From contig CBFGJZ010000001.1 in the NCBI GenBank assembly GCA_965649215.1, forward strand, positions 1,809-65,808: a stretch of DNA of 64,000 bases, given 5' to 3'. Numbering within the stretch: the first letter of the stretch is position 1; every line of letters begins with the position of its first letter. The notes under the pieces are model-generated. The model made no database searches and was not told the DNA's origin. It saw only the letters and a program-made list of their open reading frames with translations. Source of the stretch: a candidate division WOR-3 bacterium (GTDB taxonomy: Bacteria > Hydrothermota > Tepidihabitantia > Tepidihabitantales > CAIPLT01). Positions 20,517 to 30,772 of this stretch are shown here, in pieces. The translations under genes were made by a program, and so were the position numbers.

Positions 20517-21179
20517 GTGGTGGCAACACCAATTGGTCATTTAAGTGATATTACTTTACGAGCATTAGATGTATTGGCTAAAGTTGATTTCATTGCTTGT
20601 GAAGATACCCGTCACACTTCAATTTTGTTAAATCATTACCACATTAAGAATAAATTAATCAGTTATTATGAGTATAACAAACAGAAACAGACACCCAAAT
20701 TAATTAACTTATTAAAAGCAGGTAAAAGCATTGCTTTAGTTAGTGATGCCGGCACACCGGGTATATCAGACCCGGGGTATTATTTGATTCGTGAAGCAAT
20801 CAAAGAAAAGATCGCAATTTTTTCGATTCCTGGTCCTTCTGCGGTGATTGCCGCATTGGTAATCTCGGGTCTGGCTAGTGCCAGTTTTGTATTTGAAGGT
20901 TTTTTGCCGAAACGGGAAGGGCGTAAACGAAAAAAATTAGCGGAGTTAAAGGATGAGAAGCGAACGATAGTTTTTTATGAATCACCTTATCGCTTATTAA
21001 GAACTTTGTGTTTAATATACGAATTATTTGGTGATCGACAAATAGTTGTGGTTCGGGAATTAACAAAAAAATTTGAAACCGTCTTGCGTGGTCGAATCTC
21101 CGCAATCATAAACGAAATTCACAATCAGTCAATAAAAGGGGAAATCGTTATTGTCCTGCAAGGAGTAAATGAATTATGA
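20517..21179 (+). CDS. rsmI: 16S rRNA (cytidine1402-2'-O)-methyltransferase
   Basis: 'LYVVATPIGHLSDITLRAL' and 'EDTR.T..LL' motifs. Start chosen at an in-frame GTG 10 nt after an AAGGAG RBS; the ORF track starts at 20493. Confidence 0.8.
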   Translation: MVATPIGHLSDITLRALDVLAKVDFIACEDTRHTSILLNHYHIKNKLISYYEYNKQKQTPKLINLLKAGKSIALVSDAGTPGISDPGYYLIREAIKEKIAIFSIPGPSAVIAALVISGLASASFVFEGFLPKREGRKRKKLAELKDEKRTIVFYESPYRLLRTLCLIYELFGDRQIVVVRELTKKFETVLRGRISAIINEIHNQSIKGEIVIVLQGVNEL

Positions 21180-21754
21180 GAGAAGAATATAAAGTAAAAG
21201 GTCGGAAAATATTAAATCCGCTCATTTCTTTAGTAATTCGTTTGGGCATTAGTGCTAATTTATTAACACTTGCTTCCTTGCCCTTTTCTTTCCTGGCAGG
21301 ATATTTTTTCTGGCAAGGGTTACGCTATTGGGGCGGTTTATTTTTAATATTAGTTGCATTAGCCGATACCATTGATGGTGAAGTCGCACGACGAACTAAT
21401 CAAATCAGTAAATACGGCGCCTTTTTAGATTCAGTTGTTGACCGAATATCTGAAGCATTCATCTATTTAGGTTTTTTCTTATACTACTTAGACCATTCGG
21501 AAAAAAAATGGATTTTGATATTAGTGTTTACGAGTTTAATTGCCTCCCTGTTAGTAAGTTATATTCGGGCTCGTGCTGAAGGCATTGGAAAAGATTGTAA
21601 AATTGGATTTATGGAAAGACCAGTCCGTATGATTGCCTTACTAATTGGTGTTTTTGTTTTGGGATATAAATTTCTGCCTATAAGCTTTGCGATAATTTTT
21701 ATGGGTAGTCTATTTACTATTATGCAAAGAATATTATATGTTCTTAAAAGATAG
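21176..21754 (+). CDS. CDP-alcohol phosphatidyltransferase family protein
   Basis: 'DTIDGEVARRTNQISKYGAFLDSVVDRISE' (D..DG...R......G..LD...D) motif. Confidence 0.7.
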   Translation: MREEYKVKGRKILNPLISLVIRLGISANLLTLASLPFSFLAGYFFWQGLRYWGGLFLILVALADTIDGEVARRTNQISKYGAFLDSVVDRISEAFIYLGFFLYYLDHSEKKWILILVFTSLIASLLVSYIRARAEGIGKDCKIGFMERPVRMIALLIGVFVLGYKFLPISFAIIFMGSLFTIMQRILYVLKR

Positions 21755-21803
21755 CGTATTTTCAAAATAAATAAAGATTCTTAAGAGAGCAAGGATTTAA
21801 TTA

Positions 21804-23036
21804 ATGGAACGAGTATTACTCATTGCAGTTGCTAAAACTAATAAAGAGCGTTGGCATAAAATTGATGCCTTGGAAGAATTAGCATCTTTGACTGAAACAG
21901 CGGGTGGACAAGTAGTTGAACGAATATTACAAATAAAAGAAAATTTCGATCCCGCAACTTTAATTGCAAAAGGAAAACTTAATGAAATAAAATATTTATG
22001 TCATAAGCATCATATTGACCTATTGATTTTTGAAAATCAATTAACGGCAACTCAAATTAGAAATATTAGTGAAATAGTTGGAGTCAGGATCATTGATCGG
22101 ACGGCTTTAATACTTGATATTTTTGCCCAACATGCAAAAACGGCAGAAGCCAAAGCCCAAGTGGAATTAGCACAATTAGAATATCGGCTTTCTAATTTAA
22201 TTGGTTATGGTAATCAGCTTTCCCGTTTGGGTGGTGGAATCGGCACCCGAGGTCCCGGGGAACGGAAACTTGAGATTGACCGCCGTCATATTAGACAGCG
22301 CATCACAATCTTACGTAAAACTTTAGCTAAAATTGATAAAGAACGTGCCGTCCAGCGAAAAAATCGTCAGAGTTTTTTTAAGATCGCGCTTACCGGATAT
22401 ACCAATGCTGGTAAATCGACTTTAATGAATAGTCTCACCGATGCTAATGTGAAAGTTGCACCGTATTTATTTGCCACTTTGGATGCCAATACAAAATCTT
22501 TATCATTATCAAAAAATATCAAGGTGTTTATTACGGATACTGTGGGATTTATTCGTAATTTACCATACGAGCTTATTGCGAGTTTCCGTTCCACATTAAG
22601 TGAAATTAAAAATGCGGATTTAATTCTTCATATTATTGATACGACTGATAGAAATATTAATGAGAAAATCGAAGCGGTTAACTCAACTCTTTGTGAGATT
22701 GAATGCGATAATAAACCTATTTTATTAGTGTTTAATAAAATTGATCAGATCTTTGAGGTTGAAATCATTAAACGTCTCAAACGACAATATCCGAAAGCGG
22801 TTTTTATCTCGGCTCAAAGTGGCGAAGGTATTGAAAACTTGAAACAAGTAATTATGAATTTTGTAAAATCATCATTAACCATAAAGACTTTTTCAATCCC
22901 GCAGAACCGGGGTGATTTAATAAATATTATTTACGAAAATTGTGAAGTTATAAAACGAGTTGAAAATAATAGTGCAATTACCTTAAAAGTTAGAGGATAT
23001 AAAACAGTCCTTAATAAATTAGCGAAATTATATTAA
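21804..23036 (+). CDS. hflX: GTPase HflX
   Basis: HflX N-terminal domain plus a G domain 'GYTNAGKSTLMNSLT...DTVGFI' motif. Confidence 0.85.
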   Translation: MERVLLIAVAKTNKERWHKIDALEELASLTETAGGQVVERILQIKENFDPATLIAKGKLNEIKYLCHKHHIDLLIFENQLTATQIRNISEIVGVRIIDRTALILDIFAQHAKTAEAKAQVELAQLEYRLSNLIGYGNQLSRLGGGIGTRGPGERKLEIDRRHIRQRITILRKTLAKIDKERAVQRKNRQSFFKIALTGYTNAGKSTLMNSLTDANVKVAPYLFATLDANTKSLSLSKNIKVFITDTVGFIRNLPYELIASFRSTLSEIKNADLILHIIDTTDRNINEKIEAVNSTLCEIECDNKPILLVFNKIDQIFEVEIIKRLKRQYPKAVFISAQSGEGIENLKQVIMNFVKSSLTIKTFSIPQNRGDLINIIYENCEVIKRVENNSAITLKVRGYKTVLNKLAKLY

Positions 23037-23076
23037 ATAGTGCATTGTAAATAACCATTTAAATCGTAAAAATAAT

Positions 23077-24018
23077 TTATGAATTTTGGGAAGATAATGT
23101 TTGACACAATTCTATCGCATTTAACATACTATGATAATCTGCAGTCAGTTGATTAGCGATATCAAAAGCGACACCGTGGAGGGGCGCAGTACGGATAAAA
23201 GACAAACCAACAGTAAGATTAACACCCATTCCAGCGGAAAGTAATTTTACAATCAACATTGCTTGATCATGATACATCGCAACAAAACCATCGTATTGAA
23301 TTTGCTGAACAGGTCGGAAAGCAAAAAGCGAGTCAACAGGTATTGGGCCATTAACTAAAATTCCGAATTTTTGGGCGGTCTTAATAGCTTTAAAGATTTC
23401 GCCTTCAGCGCCACAAGAAAATTCCCAAGCATGGGGATTTAGAGAAAAAACACCGATGCGTGGTCTTTTTATTTTTTCATATTTTTCCAAATGGTTATTC
23501 AGCAGGATTATTTTTTCGAGTACTTTTTCTTTGGAAATTAAATGCGGAACTTCTTTTAATGGTTTATGAGTTGTTACTAAAATAATTTTAACTTTGCTTG
23601 ACCAAGCCAACATGCCATATTTCGTAATATTGAATTCATGAGCAAAATATTCAGTTTGACCGTCATAAGGGAAATCAGCTTTCCGCAAAGCAGCTTTACA
23701 AACAGGTGCGGTTACGATACCTTTTATAAAGCCCGTTTTTAATAAATGTGTTGCAAAATGTAATTGTAAAAATGATGCGATTCCACAACGTTTATTTATT
23801 TTTCCCATTTGATAGGGAAAATAATCAAAGGCATCGATAATTGTAAAATCAGCTAAGTTTATTTTATAACTGTTGAGGATACCTTGTAATTTTTGCAGTA
23901 ATTGGCGATTACCCAAAATAACAAGATCTTTTCTCATGTGAGCTGATAAGTTAGCCAAGGTTTTGAGGACGATTTCTGGTCCAATACCTGCAGGGTCACC
24001 AATTGTGATGCCGATCAT
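23077..24018 (-). CDS. pdxA: 4-hydroxythreonine-4-phosphate dehydrogenase
   Basis: 'MIGITIGDPAGIGPEIVLK' N-terminus and 'LVTTHKPL' / 'GLNPHAWE' regions. Confidence 0.8.
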   Translation of the reverse strand: MIGITIGDPAGIGPEIVLKTLANLSAHMRKDLVILGNRQLLQKLQGILNSYKINLADFTIIDAFDYFPYQMGKINKRCGIASFLQLHFATHLLKTGFIKGIVTAPVCKAALRKADFPYDGQTEYFAHEFNITKYGMLAWSSKVKIILVTTHKPLKEVPHLISKEKVLEKIILLNNHLEKYEKIKRPRIGVFSLNPHAWEFSCGAEGEIFKAIKTAQKFGILVNGPIPVDSLFAFRPVQQIQYDGFVAMYHDQAMLIVKLLSAGMGVNLTVGLSFIRTAPLHGVAFDIANQLTADYHSMLNAIELCQTLSSQNS

Positions 24019-24206
24019 ATTTACCTTAGAAATTAAATATTAAACTGTAAAAAATAGTGATTTTCACTAAGATTGATAGGTGTTTTATAGATAATAGGGT
24101 AATAATATCACACTTTTGGTTTTTAGAAAAGTGGGTCATAATAAACGCATTTCATATATTGCTTTATGGTATTTTTCCTAATTTAAGCTTGGCATTTATT
24201 TTTGCT

Positions 24207-25052
24207 TCAATAGTGGCCAATTGTTCCTGTTCGTCTTGTTTTTCGGTCAATGAGTTCAAATATCAAAACACCTACTCCGACCCAGAAGATACCCAATACC
24301 GTTAATCTTATAAAAGCAGTCCCAACACTGAAACTCATCTGTTCGCCGATTAAAAAATGGCGGACCGTCATTACACCATAGGTAGTGGGAAGAAACATAG
24401 CTGCTTTTTTTAAAAACACAGGTAAGACGGCTAACGGATAAGCAATTGGGGTGATAATCATCATGATTCCCGAGAGTGCTTCAGAAACTAACCAGCCTTG
24501 TTTAAGAATTAATGTTAAACTTGCAATCATCATGCCAAAACCATAAAGCGCAATTAACATTAGGCCAACGACTACCAACGAAGGTAAAATACCGCTTGGC
24601 GAGATTGTTAATTTGAAGATTAAATTAATAACAATAATTTGTAAAAAAATCATTAGACCTTGATGTAAGGTTGAATGAAGTGCCATCCCTAAAGCAAAAA
24701 CCCAGCGGGGTACAGGAGAGGCAAAAACTGATTCCAATGTGCCCCAATACTGTTCTTTTCTTAAAGAAAAACCCATTGCCCATAAAGCCATATTAAGAAA
24801 GCCGACAAAGATATAGCCAAGCGTTACAAAAGTAATTAGGTCATCAGTGCCAACTAAATTATTAAGAGTTTGTGATGTTCTGCCACCAACTAAAGCGATA
24901 CCATACAACAGATAGGGCATAGCATAAACTAACGGATCAATCATTCCTCGAATAAAATCAGCTTTATAAGTCAATTCAATTCGCCACTCTTTCATATTCT
25001 CTGCCCAAATCGCACGTAGATAATGCATTGTTTTTTTAATAAAGTTTTTCAT
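24207..25052 (-). CDS. ABC-2 type transporter permease
   Basis: 6-TM hydrophobic profile. Operon with the ATPase at 25890. Confidence 0.6.
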   Translation of the reverse strand: MKNFIKKTMHYLRAIWAENMKEWRIELTYKADFIRGMIDPLVYAMPYLLYGIALVGGRTSQTLNNLVGTDDLITFVTLGYIFVGFLNMALWAMGFSLRKEQYWGTLESVFASPVPRWVFALGMALHSTLHQGLMIFLQIIVINLIFKLTISPSGILPSLVVVGLMLIALYGFGMMIASLTLILKQGWLVSEALSGIMMIITPIAYPLAVLPVFLKKAAMFLPTTYGVMTVRHFLIGEQMSFSVGTAFIRLTVLGIFWVGVGVLIFELIDRKTRRTGTIGHY

Positions 25053-25055
25053 AAA

Positions 25056-25883
25056 TTAATATTGGGCAAGAGTACCTGCCTGTTTAGTTTTTCGTTCTAA
25101 ATAACGAAAAGTAAAATAGCCAATAATAAGAAGAAATATATCCATAATCATAAGAATCAAAATAGTCTGTTGCAGATGTAAAACATTTTTATTAAGTAAA
25201 ATAATGGCGCGAATCGCAACGAGGGCGTAGGTCAAAGGAATTAAAGCAGAAAGCGTTTTAGTAAGTGGGCTGATTTCTACCGGATACCGGATTGGTGAAA
25301 ACAGATAAAACACCCATTCTAAAGTATGAACCCAGCCGTGGGCTTCTTTAATAAGTAAAGTAAAACCCGCAAAAGCAATTGCAAAACCATAAAAACCAAT
25401 TACTAATAATAAAACAATTAATAACACAGGTAATATTTTGGATATGGTTAGATTAAGTCCTAAAAATATCGTGGCAATGATTGCTTGCATTGTAACATTA
25501 ACTGTAGCATAAACAAATTCAGCTAAAGTTTTACCTAACAAAACGACAATCGGATTGGTTGGCGATACAATAATATATTCCAATGTGCCCCAGTATGTCT
25601 CTTCTCGTAACGAATTACCGACACCCCATAATCCTGAAAAAATATAAGTGGAAACCATTGCCCCGATTAATACAAATGGTAAATAATGCGGTGAACCAGT
25701 TAGTTCTTTAAAGGCATTGCTTGATAATCCACCTACTAATGCTTTACCTTGAAAGATAAAGGGTAACACCCACATAAAGGGCGCAATTGCCCAGAATACC
25801 AGCATAATCGGATACGAAATCCATATTTTAACGCTTTTTTTAAACTCTGCCCAAATTACAGTTAGGTTATTTTTAAGATTCAT
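25056..25883 (-). CDS. ABC-2 type transporter permease
   Basis: 6-TM hydrophobic profile. Paralog of the gene downstream. Confidence 0.6.
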   Translation of the reverse strand: MNLKNNLTVIWAEFKKSVKIWISYPIMLVFWAIAPFMWVLPFIFQGKALVGGLSSNAFKELTGSPHYLPFVLIGAMVSTYIFSGLWGVGNSLREETYWGTLEYIIVSPTNPIVVLLGKTLAEFVYATVNVTMQAIIATIFLGLNLTISKILPVLLIVLLLVIGFYGFAIAFAGFTLLIKEAHGWVHTLEWVFYLFSPIRYPVEISPLTKTLSALIPLTYALVAIRAIILLNKNVLHLQQTILILMIMDIFLLIIGYFTFRYLERKTKQAGTLAQY

Positions 25884-25889
25884 AATTTA

Positions 25890-26909
25890 TTAATCAGCGT
25901 CAGCTTGATGGATTGCAGTATTTTCCGATAGTCGACTGCCCGTAACATAGATAAAGACATCTTCTAATGTTGGTTCTTTAACATCGATTGCTAAAATTTT
26001 CCCGTTCTGACGAATTAATTCAATTAAATCGGCTAAAATTGTTTCTGCTCGGGGAACGATAAGTTTAATATGAGTTATGCCATTATCATTATAAAGAGTT
26101 ATTTTTTCGATAGGTTTTATTCTTTGTAGGTTATTTTTTAATAGCTCAAGGTTTTTAACCTCAGCACAACGCAAGTCTAATACTTCGTTATGGGGTAGGT
26201 CTCGTTTATATTCATAAGGTGTTTTACAATCGATAATTTGACCACGACTAATAAAAGCAATTCGCTCGCAAAGTTCATCTGCTTCATCCATATAATGCGT
26301 TGTTAAAAGAATAGTCTTTTGTTGTTTTTTATTAAGAGTATTTTTTATAAAATCACGTAAAAATCTTGCAAATTGCGGATCTAAACCAAGGGTTGGTTCA
26401 TCAAGCAATAAAACTTTGGGGTCATGAATTAAAGCTCTTGCTAATGAAATTTTTTGTTTCATTCCTGAAGAGTACTTTTCAACCCGTTCATTTTGGACAT
26501 CCTTTAAGTCTAAAAGTTCAATAAGATAATCAATGCGTTTATCTCTTTGTTTGTTGTCTAATCCATAAAGTGCTGCAAAAAATTTTAAGTTTTCTCGAGC
26601 CGACAGTTTCCAATATAAAGTCCGTTCCCCTGATGTTAACAATCCAATTTGCTGACGACAAGTTAAGGAATGCTTAAAGATATCTTTACCCATAATTTTA
26701 ATTGAGCCCGCATCAGGAATTAATAAGGTTGCAATACATCTGACTAAGGTAGTTTTACCTGCACCATTTGGACCTAATAGTCCAAATAATTCCCCATCGC
26801 GAATTGTAAAAGATGCATGATTGACTGCATAAATTTCTTTTTTACGAAGACCCCTACCTCGTTTGAACTTTTTGGTAACATCAATTACTTCTACGGCATT
26901 ATTATTCAT
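25890..26909 (-). CDS. ABC transporter ATP-binding protein
   Basis: Walker A 'GPNGAGKTT', signature 'YSSGMKQKISLA' and Walker B 'LLLDEPT'. Confidence 0.85.
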   Translation of the reverse strand: MNNNAVEVIDVTKKFKRGRGLRKKEIYAVNHASFTIRDGELFGLLGPNGAGKTTLVRCIATLLIPDAGSIKIMGKDIFKHSLTCRQQIGLLTSGERTLYWKLSARENLKFFAALYGLDNKQRDKRIDYLIELLDLKDVQNERVEKYSSGMKQKISLARALIHDPKVLLLDEPTLGLDPQFARFLRDFIKNTLNKKQQKTILLTTHYMDEADELCERIAFISRGQIIDCKTPYEYKRDLPHNEVLDLRCAEVKNLELLKNNLQRIKPIEKITLYNDNGITHIKLIVPRAETILADLIELIRQNGKILAIDVKEPTLEDVFIYVTGSRLSENTAIHQADAD

Positions 26910-28020
26910 TTTTTCTTTTTATCTTAATTGATTGTTCAATAATGGTCAGCATTTTTTCCGCAGCACTCTGCCAACTGAAATTTTTTGCCCATTGGATAGC
27001 GGCTTCAGCCATTTTTTGGTTTTGTTCTGAATTTGATAAAAGCCAATTTATTTTTTCTGCTAATTCATCAATGTTTCCATAATCATACAACAAACCAGTT
27101 TTCTGGTCAAGTACTGCATCTTTTAATCCTGCTGAACGGGCTGCGATGACGGGGGTCCCACAAGCATTTGCTTCGATGACAATCATACCCCACCCTTCTT
27201 TGAGAGAGTTTTCTACTAAGAGTGTGGCTTTTTGATAGTATTCTATTTTTTCCGATTCGGTAAGATATCCAGTAAAAGTAATCCAGTTGGTCAAATGTAA
27301 TTTTTGGGTAATCCTTTGTAATCGCGCTAAATCATCACCGTCGCCAATTATAACGACTTGGATATTCTTTCGTTTTGTAATTAGTTTTTGGGTCGCATAA
27401 ATCAAATGTTCGGTCGATTTATATTTCTTCAAACGACCAACATGAATTATGAGATTTTTTTCTTTGCTTGCAAAATTCGGTTGATATTTTGCTAAATCAA
27501 TACCAGGTGGAATAACTACAATTTTTTCAGGGCTAATGCCCATTTGAATTAAATCTTGTTTAGAGCTTTCGGAGAGAGTGGCAAAATTGTTATTCTTATA
27601 ACATAATGGAATAAGACTTTCCATTAGATATACATAACTTGCAAAAGGTAAGAATACTTCACGAAATATACTCGTGCGAAATAAATGCATCATTAAAGCT
27701 AAAACTGGTTTATGCGTAAGCCACGGACTAAAAAAGGGTATTTTATTTAAGTCATCAATCACAATATCATAGTAATTTTCGCTAACAAGATGGGGGAGTT
27801 CCCGATATACTGCAAAATTAAATGTATTTTTAGTTCCGAAGCGGATAATTTTAATACCATCAATGATTTCTTCACTTAATGAATTAGGATAACTAACCGC
27901 AAGTTGGGTAACAGAATGTCCCATCTCGACTATTCGTTTAAAGATTTCTTGAAAGTATATTTCAGCACCACCAGCAAGTGGATTTTTTATGCAGCGCCAA
28001 TTGATTACCAGAATATTCAT
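26902..28020 (-). CDS. Glycosyltransferase family 4 (GT-B fold)
   Basis: C-terminal 'E..G..V.EA.A.G.PVIA' GT4 motif. Confidence 0.8.
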   Translation of the reverse strand: MNILVINWRCIKNPLAGGAEIYFQEIFKRIVEMGHSVTQLAVSYPNSLSEEIIDGIKIIRFGTKNTFNFAVYRELPHLVSENYYDIVIDDLNKIPFFSPWLTHKPVLALMMHLFRTSIFREVFLPFASYVYLMESLIPLCYKNNNFATLSESSKQDLIQMGISPEKIVVIPPGIDLAKYQPNFASKEKNLIIHVGRLKKYKSTEHLIYATQKLITKRKNIQVVIIGDGDDLARLQRITQKLHLTNWITFTGYLTESEKIEYYQKATLLVENSLKEGWGMIVIEANACGTPVIAARSAGLKDAVLDQKTGLLYDYGNIDELAEKINWLLSNSEQNQKMAEAAIQWAKNFSWQSAAEKMLTIIEQSIKIKRKNE

Positions 28021-28231
28021 AAACTATATGATAAAATAAAATAGGAGTCGCGTCAAGTAAAAACGACCGCAAAGATACCCTAAAGCAATATAATTTATTT
28101 TAACCCCACGGGTTGTTTACAAGTTAATAAATATACACAAAAAGAGTGGCTTTTTTCACAATACGATATATCTTTGAATTTCTAAAACTTATCATACTTA
28201 TGAAGATTACAAGAAATGAGTAAATATATGC

Positions 28232-28259
28232 TTGACATACTATAATAAATTTATATAAT
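28232..28259 (+). promoter_or_regulatory. sigma70-like promoter upstream of the pseudopilin operon
   Basis: TTGACA (28232-28237), 16 nt spacer, TATAAT (28254-28259). It lies 20 nt upstream of the ATG at 28279. Confidence 0.4.
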
Positions 28260-28278
28260 TTTGTAATAATTTATTTAT

Positions 28279-28821
28279 ATGAAATATTATAATAAAGAGT
28301 ATCGCCGAGCAAAAGAGTGTGGGGTTACGATTGTTGAATTATTAGTCGTTATTTTTGTAATTGGAATCTTTATCGCTTTTTTTACTCCGACTGTAGTTAG
28401 TCGGGCAACTAATTTTGCACGCATCAATGCTACCAAACAGGAATTGAATGAAATACGGTCTGCGATTATGGGCGACCCTAATGTAATTAGTGGGGGTGAA
28501 TATGTGGCGACGGGTTTTAAAGCTGATTTAGGAAGGTTACCACGCCATCTCATTGAATTATCGACCCGACGACCCGATACCACAACCTATAATTATCCAA
28601 ATAAAGAGTCTTTGCCATTATGGAATCATTTTACTAAAACAGGTTGGAATGGTCCATATATTAGGGATGACGGCAAACAAGGTTTTTTATATGATGCCTG
28701 GGGTGATTTATACGATTTTCTTATTGTCAGTGGGGAAACGCTCGGTTTAAGAAGTCGTGGTCCGGATGGTGAATGGAATGCCCCAGGAACACGAAATGAT
28801 GATATAGAAATTAGATTTTAA
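28279..28821 (+). CDS. GspG-like pseudopilin / type IV pilin-like protein (paralog 1)
   Basis: Class III signal: short basic leader, 'G|VTIVELLVVIFVIG' with Glu at +5. It carries the 'W.GPYI' and 'DAWG.LY' motifs reminiscent of GspG 'DPWGNPY'. Confidence 0.75.
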   Translation: MKYYNKEYRRAKECGVTIVELLVVIFVIGIFIAFFTPTVVSRATNFARINATKQELNEIRSAIMGDPNVISGGEYVATGFKADLGRLPRHLIELSTRRPDTTTYNYPNKESLPLWNHFTKTGWNGPYIRDDGKQGFLYDAWGDLYDFLIVSGETLGLRSRGPDGEWNAPGTRNDDIEIRF

Positions 28822-28830
28822 GCGCACATT

Positions 28831-29607
28831 ATGAGTACTCAAAAAGGAATAATGCTTATTGAATTATTGATTGTGATTATGATTATTGGATTATTGATAA
28901 CGGGTGCGGTTAAAACTTGGGATACGGTGGTGAGCCAAGCAAGATTTAATAATACTAATCAAGAAATGCAGGAATTAGTATATGCGATAGTTGGTAATCC
29001 CGAGTTGGTGAGTGATGGTCGTCGAACTGATTTTGGTTATGTGGGCGATATTGGTGCTTTACCAGATAGTTTGTATGATTTAGTTAATAAACCGTCTTAT
29101 GTTTCAGATTCTTGTTGGCGAGGACCGTATATTAGAGCAAAATTTTCTGAAAACCAAGATGACTATATTTTTGATGCCTGGGGGAATCGTTATATCTATC
29201 ATAAAGAGAGTTTATTTATTCGGAGTTATACCACAGGCACAAATTTAACACCTAACAAATGGATTACTAAAAAGATTGCACGTTCAGAGAATGATTTATT
29301 AAGAAATACAATTAATGGCTATGTGAGAGATTTGACAGGTAATCCGCCAAGATATTTTAATCAGTATATTAGAATTTATATTACTTATCCCTACAATGGC
29401 ATAATGTGGACACCAGCAGGTTATATTCCTGATTCATCGGGATATTTTACTATCTATGATGTTCCCCAAGGCAATCATCGCTTATTTTGTGTCTTTGATA
29501 CGACTTTATTAAATCCTGCGGATACAACCGATTATGCCGAAAAGTATGTTTGTGTCTATCCCGGTATTCCGAATTCAATTGATTTTAAGTTAAGTGTTAA
29601 GTTTTGA
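28831..29607 (+). CDS. GspG-like pseudopilin (paralog 2)
   Basis: 'G|IMLIELLIVIMIIG' prepilin motif. Shares 'GNP.LVSDGRR.DFGYVGD.G.LPD...L', 'WRGPYI' and 'DAWGNRYIY' with its neighbours. Confidence 0.75.
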   Translation: MSTQKGIMLIELLIVIMIIGLLITGAVKTWDTVVSQARFNNTNQEMQELVYAIVGNPELVSDGRRTDFGYVGDIGALPDSLYDLVNKPSYVSDSCWRGPYIRAKFSENQDDYIFDAWGNRYIYHKESLFIRSYTTGTNLTPNKWITKKIARSENDLLRNTINGYVRDLTGNPPRYFNQYIRIYITYPYNGIMWTPAGYIPDSSGYFTIYDVPQGNHRLFCVFDTTLLNPADTTDYAEKYVCVYPGIPNSIDFKLSVKF

Positions 29608-29613
29608 ACCGAT

Positions 29614-30753
29614 ATGACAAGCGAACGAAGCGTGACATTGGTAGAAATGATGGTCGTGATATTAATTATTGGCATCATTGGCGCGGTTGCATTTCGAACC
29701 ATTGAGACCACAAATTATCAAGCAAAATTTGATAAAACCCGCAAAGAAATGACTGAAATCTTATATGGCTTAATTGGTAATCCAAATGTTATTTCCGAAG
29801 GTAGACGGTTAAGTTTTGGATACATTGGTGATATGGGTAAATTACCTGATAACTTAAGTGCTTTAATTAATCAGGAAGCGGGCAATTGGAAAGGTCCTTA
29901 TGTGAGTCAACAATTCGTTGAAGATACGATTGGTTTTAAGATCGACGAATGGGGTAATTTATATATCTATGACCGAGATAATTTATTGATTCAAAGTACG
30001 GGTAATGGCAAACAAGCATTGACCATTAAGATTGCGGATTCACTTAGTGATTTGTTTGCCAATCAGGTTTCAGGAGTAATCTTGGATTATAATGGTGTAC
30101 CTCCCGGGGCAAACGCTCCCAATATTCGGATTCGCTTAAGCGTTCCGATTAACGGCGAACTTACTGATTATGAAATTTCACCCCGCAGTGACGGTTATTA
30201 TGAATTTAGTCCACCTAATTACCCAGTACCGATTGGTTATCATCGTATGATTGTTTATAAACAGTATGGGAGCAGAGATTCGTTAGTGAAATGGATTTCA
30301 GTACCGCCACGTTCTCGGGTATTAGCCGACTTTAAGTTTGCAAGTGGTTTTTACGATAATTTAAAATATGTGACGGGAAGTGGTGTCGCTTATGCTTCAG
30401 TTGGTGATACGACTAAAAATAATGTTGGTTTTCGAATTTTTAATAGTGGTGATTCTGTGATAATAACTTCCATGGTTTTAGTTTCTTTAGATACAGTTGC
30501 TTATTACGAGGAAATAAGCTGGGAAGGTTTTTCGGTATGGCTTTGCCCCAGTCCAATTATGGACAGAGCGCGAATTGGGGAAGAAGTGTATTTTTCAACC
30601 CCTGTGATAATTGCGCCCCATCAAGTCGGTCGATTTGATATTAAGAGTTTTAAGGATGATGAATATGCTCACCCTGGTCATCCCGTGGGTATGCAAGGCA
30701 GACGTTTGGTGATAAGATTTAGTGATGGTTCAGTAGTAGATTTTAGATTATGA
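29614..30753 (+). CDS. GspG-like pseudopilin with a long C-terminal extension (paralog 3)
   Basis: 'S|VTLVEMMVVILIIG' prepilin motif and the same conserved core (GNPNVISEGRRLSFGYIGDMGKLPD; WKGPYV; DEWGNLYIY), followed by roughly 250 extra residues. Confidence 0.7.
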   Translation: MTSERSVTLVEMMVVILIIGIIGAVAFRTIETTNYQAKFDKTRKEMTEILYGLIGNPNVISEGRRLSFGYIGDMGKLPDNLSALINQEAGNWKGPYVSQQFVEDTIGFKIDEWGNLYIYDRDNLLIQSTGNGKQALTIKIADSLSDLFANQVSGVILDYNGVPPGANAPNIRIRLSVPINGELTDYEISPRSDGYYEFSPPNYPVPIGYHRMIVYKQYGSRDSLVKWISVPPRSRVLADFKFASGFYDNLKYVTGSGVAYASVGDTTKNNVGFRIFNSGDSVIITSMVLVSLDTVAYYEEISWEGFSVWLCPSPIMDRARIGEEVYFSTPVIIAPHQVGRFDIKSFKDDEYAHPGHPVGMQGRRLVIRFSDGSVVDFRL

Positions 30754-30772
30754 ATATAGAAAGGAGTTTACT

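Noticed and set aside
24057-24305. An 82-aa + strand ORF in the pdxA / ABC-permease intergenic region
   Set aside because: It overlaps the 3' end of the minus-strand permease gene (24207-25052), has no RBS, and has hydrophobic low-complexity composition typical of an out-of-frame reading of an AT-rich spacer.
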